DNA of 64,000 nt from Polyangiaceae bacterium. GTDB taxonomy: Bacteria; Myxococcota_A; Polyangia; Polyangiales; Polyangiaceae. The translations under genes and the position numbers were made by a program. The notes beneath the pieces are model-generated. The model was given only the letters and a program-made list of their open reading frames with translations, was not told the origin of the DNA and did not search any database. Location of the stretch: assembly GCA_033763455.1 (NCBI GenBank), contig JANRKO010000039.1:32001-96000 (forward strand). Reading direction: 5' to 3'. Numbering within the stretch: the first letter of the stretch is position 1; each line of letters begins with the position of its first letter. Positions 1-9,399 of this stretch are shown piece by piece.

Positions 1-137
1 CTTGCGTCCCGTTGCGCGTCCTTGTGCTCCGCTAACGCGGAAACGCCCGAACCTCGGGCGTGTTCTCCACTTCCGGCGCAGCCAAGGCACCCAAAGACGC
101 AAAGGGCGCCAAGAAGCGTAACGTGGGTTGACGCCAT
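1..137 (-). CDS. 5' part of a putative lipoprotein; runs off the window edge
   Basis: Read by hand from the minus-strand ATG at 137: MASTHVTLLGALCVFGCLGCAGSGEHARG..., open to the edge. Hydrophobic signal followed by an LGC lipobox-like motif. Not in the ORF track. Confidence 0.55.
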   Translation of the reverse strand, partial: MASTHVTLLGALCVFGCLGCAGSGEHARGSGVSALAEHKDAQRDA

Positions 138-175
138 GAGGTGCCTCCCGTAACCAACCTTCGCTCCGAGATGCC

Positions 176-901
176 TTGGGTTCAACACCACGTACAGGTG
201 ACCGATTGACCGAGGAGTCGTCAAGGGCTCTCCGGACATTCAAGATCGAGGCGTTGCGCCTTGGGCTGACGCTTTCGCCGTACGTTCGGGCCGCCACTTT
301 CGGAGGGTTCCTCCTTCTTTACTTCACGTGCGACGCCCCGCTTGGCATTGCCGTGGGCAGTGAGCTTCCCCGAAGAGGGTCGGAACTCCCACTGGTGTTC
401 TGGACACTTGGGATCATTATCTTGCTGGGGCTACTATTTGAGCTCGCATACGCTGCGCTCCACGTTGGCGTCGATGGCAGCGGCTCTCCTACCCACGCCG
501 CGCGCATTACGGCCTACATCAGCTTCAGCTGGCGCTTCATCGCGCTGGCCTTCATAGGCTACCACCTAAGGCATAACTGGTGGCAAGTTGCCACCCATTC
601 GCTCTATCTGGAGGATGTGAACGGCAAGCTCAGCCGCGAGCTTTCGAGTGTCACAAGCCTTGGCTTGCCGCTAATCGCACTAGGATATTTGTTAGGGTTC
701 GCGAGCGTATGCTTCCACCTGAATGAGGCCCTGCGTACCGCGTGGCTCCGCGTGCCCGAGGGGCGTTATTCTCACCTGCCCGCAATCCTTCGGGTCTTCG
801 TGAGTGCACTCGGGGTCGCGCTTTTTCTGGTCGCCGCCAACAGCGTGCTCGATCTTGCTACTGGGGCCTCTCTCCTTCACCATTTGCGACCTGCCTGGTG
901 A
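176..901 (+). CDS. Integral membrane protein, divergent succinate dehydrogenase cytochrome b558 (SdhC)-like
   Basis: About 5 hydrophobic segments with His in 'FIGYHLRH' and 'VCFHLNEAL', recalling SdhC b558 haem-ligand motifs. Start uncertain. Confidence 0.45.
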   Translation: MGSTPRTGDRLTEESSRALRTFKIEALRLGLTLSPYVRAATFGGFLLLYFTCDAPLGIAVGSELPRRGSELPLVFWTLGIIILLGLLFELAYAALHVGVDGSGSPTHAARITAYISFSWRFIALAFIGYHLRHNWWQVATHSLYLEDVNGKLSRELSSVTSLGLPLIALGYLLGFASVCFHLNEALRTAWLRVPEGRYSHLPAILRVFVSALGVALFLVAANSVLDLATGASLLHHLRPAW

Positions 902-919
902 AAGACTAGGCTCCGCCCC

Positions 920-1351
920 GTGCCGCGTTGCTATTTCCTAACCCTGTGTGGTGGTTCAAGCTTGGATCAGCAGTCCAATAACGTAACGCTCTTTAATCTT
1001 GTGGAGCAAGTGAGCCTTGCACCCGGCCCGTGCCCGGTGGGAGCCCTTTTGCCGCTCGAAATTCACGCCTACTTTCAGTTCGCGCCGAGTGAGCTCAAGC
1101 AAACCATCCAGTTGCGTTATTCGGTGGTTGCACAATCGGGCCTCGAAACCACAACGGATGTCTTCGACCACCGCGCGCTCACCCCACATTACCGCACCCG
1201 CACGGCGGGCTTGCCTCTTCCACCGGTAACGGGCAGCTATGAGCTCCGTGTCGATTGGCGCCAAGCGGGAACAGAAGGCTGGACGCGCGAAAGCATAACG
1301 TGGCCACTTACGATCTCCGAAGCGGAGTCTCGCCCCATTACCACCCACTAA
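920..1351 (+). CDS. Hypothetical protein (small beta-rich, DUF6941-like)
   Basis: 143 aa with 'SLDQQSNNVTLFNLVEQV' N-terminus and 'GSYELRV'; 7 bp upstream of folB. Confidence 0.55.
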   Translation: MPRCYFLTLCGGSSLDQQSNNVTLFNLVEQVSLAPGPCPVGALLPLEIHAYFQFAPSELKQTIQLRYSVVAQSGLETTTDVFDHRALTPHYRTRTAGLPLPPVTGSYELRVDWRQAGTEGWTRESITWPLTISEAESRPITTH

Positions 1352-1358
1352 ACGCCCT

Positions 1359-2021
1359 ATGGACTTCATTCGCGTCAACGAATTGGAAATCGAGTGCATC
1401 GTGGGTATGCGGCCCCGCGAGCGTCACCAAAAACAGCCCGTGCGGTTGAGCCTCGCCCTCGGGCTCAACCTCGCAAAAGCCGGTCGTACCGGACGGATTT
1501 TAGACACGATCGACTATTCACGCGTGGCTGACGACGTTGGATCGCTATTAAGATTTCGGCAATACCGGCTGATCGAAATGGCAACGGAAGAAATCAGCGC
1601 CATGCTGTTTGGATGTTACCCTGTACTCGAACAGATCCGGATTAGACTCGAAAAGCCGGAGGCACTCAAAGGACGAGCGCTTGGCACCTCGGTTGAAATC
1701 GAGAGATCACGCGCAGATTTTCCGAGCGCTGGAATCAACGAAAATAACCCTTCGGTGAGGACGCTACTCGAAACAGATGAGGCCGGCCTCTACTTGCTCC
1801 GGTTAAACAGCGGCCAAACCTTAAAGTTCGAAGATCCCCGCTGGGAAAGGCGCGTGCAGTGGTTGCTCGCTGGAGAGGTCCGGTGCGGCGGGGGCCCTCT
1901 GGTACTCGGCGAGCCTTGCGAGAGCACCCAGGCCTTGGCTTTTGAAAACGTGGACGCGAGCGTCGCCACGGTGTTTTGCTGTGCTTGCCAGGCGGGCGCC
2001 CAGTCTGCAGCCACGCCGTAA
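1359..2021 (+). CDS. folB: Dihydroneopterin aldolase with ~100-aa C-terminal extension (cupin-like)
   Basis: 'IVGMRPRER..KQPV', 'DTIDYS', 'LIE', 'RLEKPEAL...VEIER' FolB motifs in the first ~120 aa. Confidence 0.85.
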   Translation: MDFIRVNELEIECIVGMRPRERHQKQPVRLSLALGLNLAKAGRTGRILDTIDYSRVADDVGSLLRFRQYRLIEMATEEISAMLFGCYPVLEQIRIRLEKPEALKGRALGTSVEIERSRADFPSAGINENNPSVRTLLETDEAGLYLLRLNSGQTLKFEDPRWERRVQWLLAGEVRCGGGPLVLGEPCESTQALAFENVDASVATVFCCACQAGAQSAATP

Positions 2022-2154
2022 ACATCCGTTGTTGCTCCGTTTTCATCGGCTAAGTCGAGACCCTTGCGAATCATTGGACACGCGGCCGGGAGTGGGGTAT
2101 TTCGCTCTGGGCAAGCGGTGTGGGGATACCGCGAGCACCCAAGAGGGACCCACC

Positions 2155-2370
2155 ATGAACGACCAGGCACACGCTAAAGGCCCGCAAACTGAACGGAGCC
2201 CCGCGCTCTCAGAGCCCATCTCGGCGGTACGTCCCCCTAGCGCGTCGCGCGTGAAGCACCCAATTTCGGACACCGAACGGCCCGAGCGACTGAGCAGCCT
2301 GTTCCCTGAAGATGCGCACCACGCGCACGACACGATCCCCTCGCCACCACCAGACATGAGTGACGAGTAA
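2155..2370 (+). CDS. Small Pro/Ser-rich hypothetical protein (71 aa)
   Basis: ATG at 2155 preceded by a GAGGGA RBS-like sequence; low-complexity product ending 'DTIPSPPPDMSDE'. Confidence 0.45.
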   Translation: MNDQAHAKGPQTERSPALSEPISAVRPPSASRVKHPISDTERPERLSSLFPEDAHHAHDTIPSPPPDMSDE

Positions 2371-2449
2371 GAACATGAGCGGCGAGTAAGAGCGGTGTCG
2401 CGCATGAGGGCTCCTATGTTAGCGTAGCGCCTCTTTTTGGAGGTAATGC

Positions 2450-3340
2450 ATGCGCACTCATAGGACTCAAACCGTTGGCGCTCAGCTTGTTGCGTCGCTG
2501 ATCATTCTGCTGTTCTCAGCCGTAGCCTTTGCGGGCGGCCGGGTGCAGTGGAAATCCACCGCGATCAAGGAGCGCACCAACAAGTCTTGGCAGCTAGAAC
2601 TCACCATTACGCTGGCAAAGACGCCAGATTTTTCTAACTTGCCGATGAAGTTTGAGTTCCAACCCATCACCTACTTTGAACGTTCTATGGTGGATGGGGA
2701 CAAGCTGGTTGAACGCGCGGTGCCCCTTGAGGGGCGTCAGCCGATGATTGAAAGCGTGGATGTGGGATTTATGGATCCCGGCAGCGGCAAGGTTGAGAAG
2801 CGCACCCGATTCTCGTTCAAGCTCACGCGCGCTCGAGGCTACGAGTCTGGGGAATATAAGGTAACCATTAAAGACGGGCGCAGCGGCCAAGCCATTGGTA
2901 CCCCGCAGACGATAAAGCTGGAGGGAGAAAACGAGATCATCGATCGTCGCGCGATCGTCTTCACCGGCGAAAAGAAGAAAAAGCCTGAAGGGGCTAAGTC
3001 TGCGGAGGAAAAGCCCGCGGGCGATGAAAGTAAAGAAACGGAAAGCGGCGACAAAGCGGAGTCTACCGACGAGAAAGCCGATGCCAAAAGCGACGGCGGA
3101 GAAGAGGACGACGCAAAAGGGCCAGACACGAACAACGAAGAGGAAGACGGCGACAAAAGCGACGAGATGGAAGGCGCGAGCGACGGCCGTGATGACGACG
3201 ATGACTCGCCCTCTACGATCAAAGAGAAGCCCGGTACCTGCGGCTGCCGAACGGTAGGCGGCGGCGCTGGTGGAGCCAGCGCGGGCTTGGGCCTGCTCGC
3301 TCTTGGCCTTGTATTAGCCGCTCGCCGTCGACACGCCTGA
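2450..3340 (+). CDS. Secreted protein with acidic linker and MYXO-CTERM sorting signal
   Basis: GGAGG RBS; signal peptide ending AFA; Asp/Glu-rich linker; C-terminal 'GTCGCR...hydrophobic...ARRR'. Confidence 0.85.
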   Translation: MRTHRTQTVGAQLVASLIILLFSAVAFAGGRVQWKSTAIKERTNKSWQLELTITLAKTPDFSNLPMKFEFQPITYFERSMVDGDKLVERAVPLEGRQPMIESVDVGFMDPGSGKVEKRTRFSFKLTRARGYESGEYKVTIKDGRSGQAIGTPQTIKLEGENEIIDRRAIVFTGEKKKKPEGAKSAEEKPAGDESKETESGDKAESTDEKADAKSDGGEEDDAKGPDTNNEEEDGDKSDEMEGASDGRDDDDDSPSTIKEKPGTCGCRTVGGGAGGASAGLGLLALGLVLAARRRHA

Positions 3341-3372
3341 CGCTCCATTGCAGCGCGACATCAGCGGAAATA

Positions 3373-4563
3373 TCACGTTGACCCGGCCGCATTTTTCGGC
3401 TGGGTCGGCGATGAACAGCAGCCCGCTACCAATTCCAGTAGCGCTTCGATACCTTGGCTTAAGATCTCCGGAGGCGTGAGCAAGCTCACAACCAACCGCG
3501 CCTCTTCCTCGAAGTCGTAGAAATAGCCAGGCTGAGTGAGCACGTGCTTTTCATTTAAGAGCTTTAATGCCCACGCTTCATCCGTCATTAGGGTAGGAAG
3601 CTGGAGCACCGCGCACCAACCGCCCTCGGCAAAGAGCAAGCTCACGGGTGTGTTACGCAGGCACTCTCCGAGCACACGGTAGTTGCCGAGCACGCGCTCG
3701 TGAATGCTCCGGGTGACAACTTTGCCAACTGATAAGAAATGGGACGCCGCGGTCTTTATCGGCGTCGATACCGATAAGTACGCGTCGAGCACGAACTCCA
3801 AACGTTCGGTTGCGGCGCGCACTAGTGCAGGCTCGCCAGCCACGGTAATCCAACTAAGCTTCATTTGAGGCAGCCCCACAGATTTGGACAAGCCGTCCAA
3901 GCTGAAAAAAAGCCCAGTTTTGGCACCCACCACGCTAGTAATACGGCGATTATCCGAAGTGAGCGGGTAATCCCCAAACACTTCGTCGGAAATAACGGGG
4001 AGCCCGAGCGCCTCCAGGCGTTCGAGCTCATCTGCTTTGAGGTATGAGCCGGTCGGGTTGTTGGGGCTAATCACACAGATCGCCCGCGTCTTTTCGGTGC
4101 GCGCCCGCTCCAGCGAGTCCCAATCGATGGCCCAACTACCGTCGTATGAAAGCCGATAATCCCGCAATATCACGCTCTCAAACCTCGCCAGGTGATCCAA
4201 GAGGGGGTAGCTGGGCCTTGGCACCAACACTTCGTCGTCTGGATCGCACAGTAGCTTAAACAGTGCCGCGTAGGCTTCGCTGGTGCTCGCCGTCAGCACC
4301 ACCTGGCTCGGTGCCACGCAATACCCGCGACGTTTCCAGAGGTCTACGATTGGCGACCGTTCGACGAGCGTCGAGTTGGGGTCGTAGGCGAGAGCGGCTG
4401 GCGCTGAAAGAGGAGCGAGCAGCTCCCCAGGATACGCAAAGCCTGCTTGCGTTGGATTCGAAAGCGTTAGGTCACGAACATTGAGAGCTTTTCCCCGCAG
4501 CGCAGCAAGCGCCTCCGTAAGCGGGTTCGGAGAAAGATTTTCGGGGAGCCGCTGCGAAAACAC
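3373..4563 (-). CDS. PLP-dependent aminotransferase class I/II
   Basis: 'SPNNPTG', 'ISDEVF', 'GLSKSVGLPQMKLSW' motifs. Confidence 0.9.
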   Translation of the reverse strand: MFSQRLPENLSPNPLTEALAALRGKALNVRDLTLSNPTQAGFAYPGELLAPLSAPAALAYDPNSTLVERSPIVDLWKRRGYCVAPSQVVLTASTSEAYAALFKLLCDPDDEVLVPRPSYPLLDHLARFESVILRDYRLSYDGSWAIDWDSLERARTEKTRAICVISPNNPTGSYLKADELERLEALGLPVISDEVFGDYPLTSDNRRITSVVGAKTGLFFSLDGLSKSVGLPQMKLSWITVAGEPALVRAATERLEFVLDAYLSVSTPIKTAASHFLSVGKVVTRSIHERVLGNYRVLGECLRNTPVSLLFAEGGWCAVLQLPTLMTDEAWALKLLNEKHVLTQPGYFYDFEEEARLVVSLLTPPEILSQGIEALLELVAGCCSSPTQPKNAAGST

Positions 4564-4619
4564 CTGCCCACTTTGCCTACCGGTTGGGCTTCAACGCAAT
4601 GGCTGCGCTCGGTCGACAC

Positions 4620-5597
4620 TCAGTCGCCTCGGCAGATAAAGCCGGAGTAGGTGTCTGCACACGCCACGTCATCCCAAAGAGCATCCGTACCCAAGCGAAG
4701 GCAATCCTGATTGCCGCCGTTGTTATTGGGCTGCCCCGATTGCCAGTTGGAATAAAGGCCGCCAACCTTCACTCCACTTGCACCCCCCATCCAAAACTGT
4801 GCGCCATCAACCCAGCGCCAGACTCCTTCCATGGCGTCGCGCCCACCCAACCAGACAGCACTCATTTCGAGTGAGGTGGCCGTTTGGCGCACCCAGGCGT
4901 TTTCCTCTGCGCTATCGATACGAGCCAGGGACAAGCCTGCTTGAACACACGCGTTGTTGGCCTCCGCGCGACTCGCACTCACCCTGCAGAACATGTAGCC
5001 GTGAGCCCCGTGCGACATACCGATACAGCTCTCCGGACAACTTTCGTCCGCAATTCCCGCAGTGCAATTCTCATCCCGGCCATCACAGCGTTCTGCACCC
5101 GCCGGCTGACAAGCAGCCGGCCCGCCGCCGGCTGCCGTGCTTCCACCCGAGGAAGCCCCACCTGAGCTGCTTCCACCTGAGCTGCTTCCGCCCGCGCCTG
5201 ATGCCACACCACCCGAACTCGTGGAACCCCCAGCAGAAGAGGCACCACCGCTCTCCTGGCCAACGCCCCCCGTTTCCGAACCCACATCCCCACCCGCTCC
5301 GTCGTCGGCTCCGCCTGTGTTTTCGGCACCCGCGCCGGTGTCAGGCGGATTGACCGAACCTGGGCGCCCCCCCGAAGGCATCGATCCGACGCTTGGAATC
5401 ACCCCACCAGTACCGCCAGAAGCCTGCGACCGCACCCCGCCAGCTGCCGAATCTGTTCCGCTGCCGCCTGGCGTGTTCGAAGAGTAAGTAGTGTAAAGGT
5501 CGCTACCTTTTTCGGAAGAGCACCCTTGAAGCGCGTTCGTGAGCACTCCAACAATCAAAGAGATGCCCCCGAGTAAGTACGTTCTGCGAATATTCAT
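4620..5597 (-). CDS. Lipoprotein with Gly/Ser linker, MopE-like metal-binding motif and C-type lectin domain
   Basis: Lipobox 'LQGC'; 'ERCDGRDENC' motif; 'VWLGG...WRWVDG...YSNW..GQPNN...DC...WDDVAC...FIC' C-type lectin signature. Confidence 0.85.
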   Translation of the reverse strand: MNIRRTYLLGGISLIVGVLTNALQGCSSEKGSDLYTTYSSNTPGGSGTDSAAGGVRSQASGGTGGVIPSVGSMPSGGRPGSVNPPDTGAGAENTGGADDGAGGDVGSETGGVGQESGGASSAGGSTSSGGVASGAGGSSSGGSSSGGASSGGSTAAGGGPAACQPAGAERCDGRDENCTAGIADESCPESCIGMSHGAHGYMFCRVSASRAEANNACVQAGLSLARIDSAEENAWVRQTATSLEMSAVWLGGRDAMEGVWRWVDGAQFWMGGASGVKVGGLYSNWQSGQPNNNGGNQDCLRLGTDALWDDVACADTYSGFICRGD

Positions 5598-6061
5598 TGG
5601 ACTCAAAGAGTCTCGTACTCAAGCCCACCCATGAGATCAAGGGCATTACGAGTGGACTCCGTGGTGTAAAATCGAATCGTGTCGTCAGTCTATGCAAGGC
5701 GAGATTCGGGCGTCTCAGCTAGAGATTAGGCTAACAGCCTTCCAGGCTCACTTCATCGAGAACGTCTCATTTCTGTACCGAGGCGTTCGTGCGCTCCGCA
5801 ACCCAAACGCCACACCCGCGAAACGGAACAACCACCGGCATCATGCATGTTTAGGCGACGTGTGGCGCACAAAGTCACGCACCTCCCCAGACTCGTAGGC
5901 AGTCACGGACGGCAGGACCCGGCGTTGCGGCTAGTCTGCCCGAGGCCGCCCTCCAGCCCGGGAAGGCTCAAAGTGCTCGAAAACCCGCGACTTGGAAGCC
6001 TCGCCAACTCGTCCTAGGCTCCGCTCCGCGCACTTTTGCCACACCCCAAGGATCCTCAAGA

Positions 6062-6901
6062 ATGCCCAGTACCTCTGAATTGCTCGCCCAGGTGCCATTC
6101 TTTAGCTTGCTCGACGATCAGGAACGGAGCGTTCTGGCAGAACGCGTGGAGGTCGCATCCTTTCCTAAAGATGGAGTCATCTTCAACTACGGTGACCCGG
6201 GCGACGCGCTCTACGTCGTTATTTCTGGCGAAGTCGAAGTTTTTTTTAAGAACGACACGGGTGAAAGAATTGTGCTTGAGACCGCAACCGCCGGAGACTT
6301 TTTTGGTGAAGTCTCGCTGCTCGATGGCGGGCCGAGAACTGCATCGGCCGTAGCCACGACCGAAGTACAGGCACTGGAGGTGGATCGCGACGATCTGGAT
6401 GAGCTGTTTCGCTTGAAGCCGGGCGCAGCTATGGATCTGTTGTCGGCAACTGGGAGACGCCTGCGCAAAAATGCCGAGCTGCTTCGCCACACGGCAACCC
6501 GCAATGTCAACGAAGAGGTGGAGGATCTGCGCACCACGGTGATGAAAATTGCAGACTGGATTTCCGAGTTCAGCGGTAGCCTGCCCTTTCTATTTATCCA
6601 CATCGGCTTGTTTTTCACCTGGATTATCCTGAATGTGGGGCTTTTACCTTGGGGCGGGTTTGACCCATTCCCGTTTGGGCTTTTGACCATGGTGGTGTCG
6701 CTCGAAGCCATCATTCTTTCGGTATTCGTGTTGTTGAGTCAGAACCGCCAAGCGGCACGGGATCGCGTACGGGGCGACATTGAGTACGATATCAACCTAA
6801 AAGCTGAGCTCGAAATCGCTCACTTGCATGAAAAAGTGGACCAGATGAACTCTGAGCTATTAAAGAAGCTTGCGACCCTGGAACGCGCAGCTACCAAATA
6901 A
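6062..6901 (+). CDS. Cyclic-nucleotide-binding domain fused to a DUF1003 membrane domain
   Basis: 'GDFFGEVSLLDGGPRTASA' cNMP motif; 'FDPFPFGLLTMVVSLEAI...SQNRQ' DUF1003 motif. Confidence 0.9.
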   Translation: MPSTSELLAQVPFFSLLDDQERSVLAERVEVASFPKDGVIFNYGDPGDALYVVISGEVEVFFKNDTGERIVLETATAGDFFGEVSLLDGGPRTASAVATTEVQALEVDRDDLDELFRLKPGAAMDLLSATGRRLRKNAELLRHTATRNVNEEVEDLRTTVMKIADWISEFSGSLPFLFIHIGLFFTWIILNVGLLPWGGFDPFPFGLLTMVVSLEAIILSVFVLLSQNRQAARDRVRGDIEYDINLKAELEIAHLHEKVDQMNSELLKKLATLERAATK

Positions 6902-6924
6902 AGGCCGTGTTCGCAGGAGCAGCG

Positions 6925-8094
6925 ATGGGCGACTCTGACAACATCACTCGCTTGGAACACCAAGGGCGCGAGATATTCCTGATCGGCACCGCTCACATTT
7001 CAAAGCACAGTGTGGAGGAAGTAAGAGACACCATTCTCTCGCTCCGCCCGAACACCGTGTGTGTGGAGCTAGATCAGTCCCGGCACGACGCCCTCATTGA
7101 TGACTCGGGGTGGCGGCGACTGGACTTGCCCAAAGCGATCAAAGAGCAACGCGTGCTGTTCCTCCTAGTGAGCCTAGGCCTTTCGGCGTATCAGAAGAAG
7201 ATGGGGGATAAGCTGGGAGTGCGCCCCGGAGCGGAGCTATTGGCGGCCGTTTCCGCGGCCCATGAGGTGAGCGCGGAGCTCGTTTTGGCGGATCGCGAGG
7301 TCCAAATCACGCTGAAGCGTGCCTGGCGCGGGCTTTCCGGGAAGGAGAAGGCGCAGCTTCTCGGCCTATTCGGCACTCCACCTGAGCACGAGGCTATGTC
7401 TGGGGAGCTCACCGAAGAGCGCGTTGAGCAACTCAAAGATAAACAGACCATGTCGGACATGCTCATGGAGATGACCAAAGCACTGCCTGGCATCAAGCGC
7501 CCACTCATTGACGAACGGGACCTCTACCTGATTTCCAAAATCCGAGAATCCCAAGGGGCACGCGTCGTTGCAGTGGTGGGCGCGGGGCACGTTAAGGGAA
7601 TGGTTGAGAATCTGAACACGCCGGTGGATCGCACTGAGCTTGAAAAGGTGCCTCCCCCTGCACCCTTGGGACGAATCTTGCGCTGGCTCGTGCCCGCTCT
7701 CGCGTTGCTCATGTTTTTTGTGGGTTACTCGCGCGACGAGCTACCCGGCCTTTGGCCTCTCCTCCACGCCTGGGGGCTCTCAACGGCCGGCTTTGCACTC
7801 CTTACGGCGCTGGTCGCTCGCGCGAAGCCGCTCACGGTGCTGCTTGCCACACTCTTGGCGCCAGTTCTCGCTCTCGATCCTAAAAGGCGGGCGGGCCGCC
7901 TCCTCGGCCTAGTTGAATATCAGCAAGGGCCACCCACGGACGCCGACAAGCAGGCGGTTCGCAGCGATATTCTCAGTCGTCGGGGGGTCTATGCCAATCG
8001 CTTCACACGTATAGCACTGGTCTCGGTTCTGGCGTCGCTCGGGAGCACTCTCGGTGCCTGGGTGGGAGCGCTTTGGGTGTTCGCCCGCTTGTAA
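6925..8094 (+). CDS. TraB/PrgY/GumN family protein with C-terminal TM helices
   Basis: 'IGTAHIS', 'VCVELD..R', 'PGAEL', 'LIDERD', 'VVGAGHVKG' motifs. Confidence 0.85.
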   Translation: MGDSDNITRLEHQGREIFLIGTAHISKHSVEEVRDTILSLRPNTVCVELDQSRHDALIDDSGWRRLDLPKAIKEQRVLFLLVSLGLSAYQKKMGDKLGVRPGAELLAAVSAAHEVSAELVLADREVQITLKRAWRGLSGKEKAQLLGLFGTPPEHEAMSGELTEERVEQLKDKQTMSDMLMEMTKALPGIKRPLIDERDLYLISKIRESQGARVVAVVGAGHVKGMVENLNTPVDRTELEKVPPPAPLGRILRWLVPALALLMFFVGYSRDELPGLWPLLHAWGLSTAGFALLTALVARAKPLTVLLATLLAPVLALDPKRRAGRLLGLVEYQQGPPTDADKQAVRSDILSRRGVYANRFTRIALVSVLASLGSTLGAWVGALWVFARL

Positions 8095-8187
8095 AACGCT
8101 GTCTAGATGAGAGCAGCTGGGGTGCTCGCTCGTTTGTAGCACTCTGCGTGCTTGGGCCCACTCCGAACCGAGTGTACGCTCGTACGC

Positions 8188-9174
8188 ATGAACCATGAAT
8201 GGCCCAATTTCGATGGCATGCCGGCGGACGACGTATTGCCCCTCGAGCGCCCGCAAGGCCAAGACCTAGCGCGCTTCATTTGGTGGAACGGCGATCTCAA
8301 AGAGGCCGACACCCAGAGCGTTCATTTCTACGCCAATGCTCTGCACTACGGCACGGCTGTGTTTGAAGGCATTCGATGTTACCCTGTAGACGGAGGCGCA
8401 GCGCTCCTACGCTTGGGTGACCATATCGAACGGCTATTAGCATCAGCGAAGCTCTACGGCATGAAGGTGCCGTTCGACGCCGAAGCGCTCCGAAAAGGTG
8501 CCATCGAAGTGACACGCCGCAATCAGATCAAAGACGGCTACTTACGGCCGCTGGCCTACTTTGGGCACGGCCCGATCGATCTGAAGCCCAAGCGAGAATG
8601 CCCGGTGAAGGTGTTCATCGCCGTACGTGAGCTCGGCTCCTTCTTGGGAGAAAGTGCTCTCCGAAATGGTATTCGCGTCACCATATCGAGCTGGCGAAAA
8701 TTCCACCACACCATGTTCCCCACTATGGCCAAAACGAGCGGGCACTACGCCAACAGCGTGCTGGCCGCACATGAGGCGCTGGACCGCGGCTACGACGACG
8801 CCATCCTGCTCAATCAAGACGGCACAGTCGCAAGCGCAACCGGTGAGAATGTATTCTTCGTGAAATCTGGAGTGCTTTACACCAATGACGAATCCAGTTC
8901 GATCATCCCAGGCATCACCCGCGACTGCATCTTGACGATCGCCCGGGAAAACAACGTACCCCTGATGATCCGTGCTTTTACACGCGAAGATCTGTTGCGG
9001 GCGGACGAAGTCTTTCTCACCGGTACCGCGGCCGAGGTCACCCCCGTACGTGAGCTCGATGGCATCGAATTTCGCACCGGGCGAAAGACGCTCGGCGCCG
9101 TACTACAGCGGGCCTATTTGCGAGCGGTAACTGGCAAAGACGAGAAGCACGCGGATTGGCTGACGCGGGTTTGA
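8188..9174 (+). CDS. ilvE: Branched-chain amino acid aminotransferase
   Basis: 'LHYGTAVFEGIR', 'GENVF', 'PGITRD', 'EVFLTGTAAEVTPV' class IV motifs. Start could be 8188 or 8218. Confidence 0.9.
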   Translation: MNHEWPNFDGMPADDVLPLERPQGQDLARFIWWNGDLKEADTQSVHFYANALHYGTAVFEGIRCYPVDGGAALLRLGDHIERLLASAKLYGMKVPFDAEALRKGAIEVTRRNQIKDGYLRPLAYFGHGPIDLKPKRECPVKVFIAVRELGSFLGESALRNGIRVTISSWRKFHHTMFPTMAKTSGHYANSVLAAHEALDRGYDDAILLNQDGTVASATGENVFFVKSGVLYTNDESSSIIPGITRDCILTIARENNVPLMIRAFTREDLLRADEVFLTGTAAEVTPVRELDGIEFRTGRKTLGAVLQRAYLRAVTGKDEKHADWLTRV

Positions 9175-9275
9175 GTTATTCACGTTGCTTCAATCGACGC
9201 TATGCCACATGTCCCCGGGACTTGCGGACTAGCCATTCTGCTAGTCTCGACGACCACGCAGAGTGACGGGGTGAA

Positions 9276-9389
9276 TCACGTGAATCGCGCACGTTTCAGC
9301 GGGGCCTGAAAATCTGAGTCGCCATCCATCCAACGGGAAAGCATGTTCGTGTCGAACAGGACTCGCTTCCACGTTTGCTCCACGGCCAT
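9276..9389 (-). pseudogene. Truncated PIN-domain (VapC-like) gene, 37 codons
   Basis: MAVEQTWKRVLFDTNMLSRW... carries the 'hhDTN' first PIN motif, then stops at codon 38. Starts 10 bp after the stop of 9400..10248. Confidence 0.55.
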
Positions 9390-9399
9390 CGCTCGGCGC

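Noticed and set aside
5780..5885. Possible riboswitch in the lectin / DUF1003 intergenic region (CGCCACAC...GTGTGGCG stem; GCCTAAAC on the minus strand)
   Set aside because: Lacks the rest of the c-di-GMP-I consensus; a single 8-bp stem is expected by chance in GC-rich DNA.
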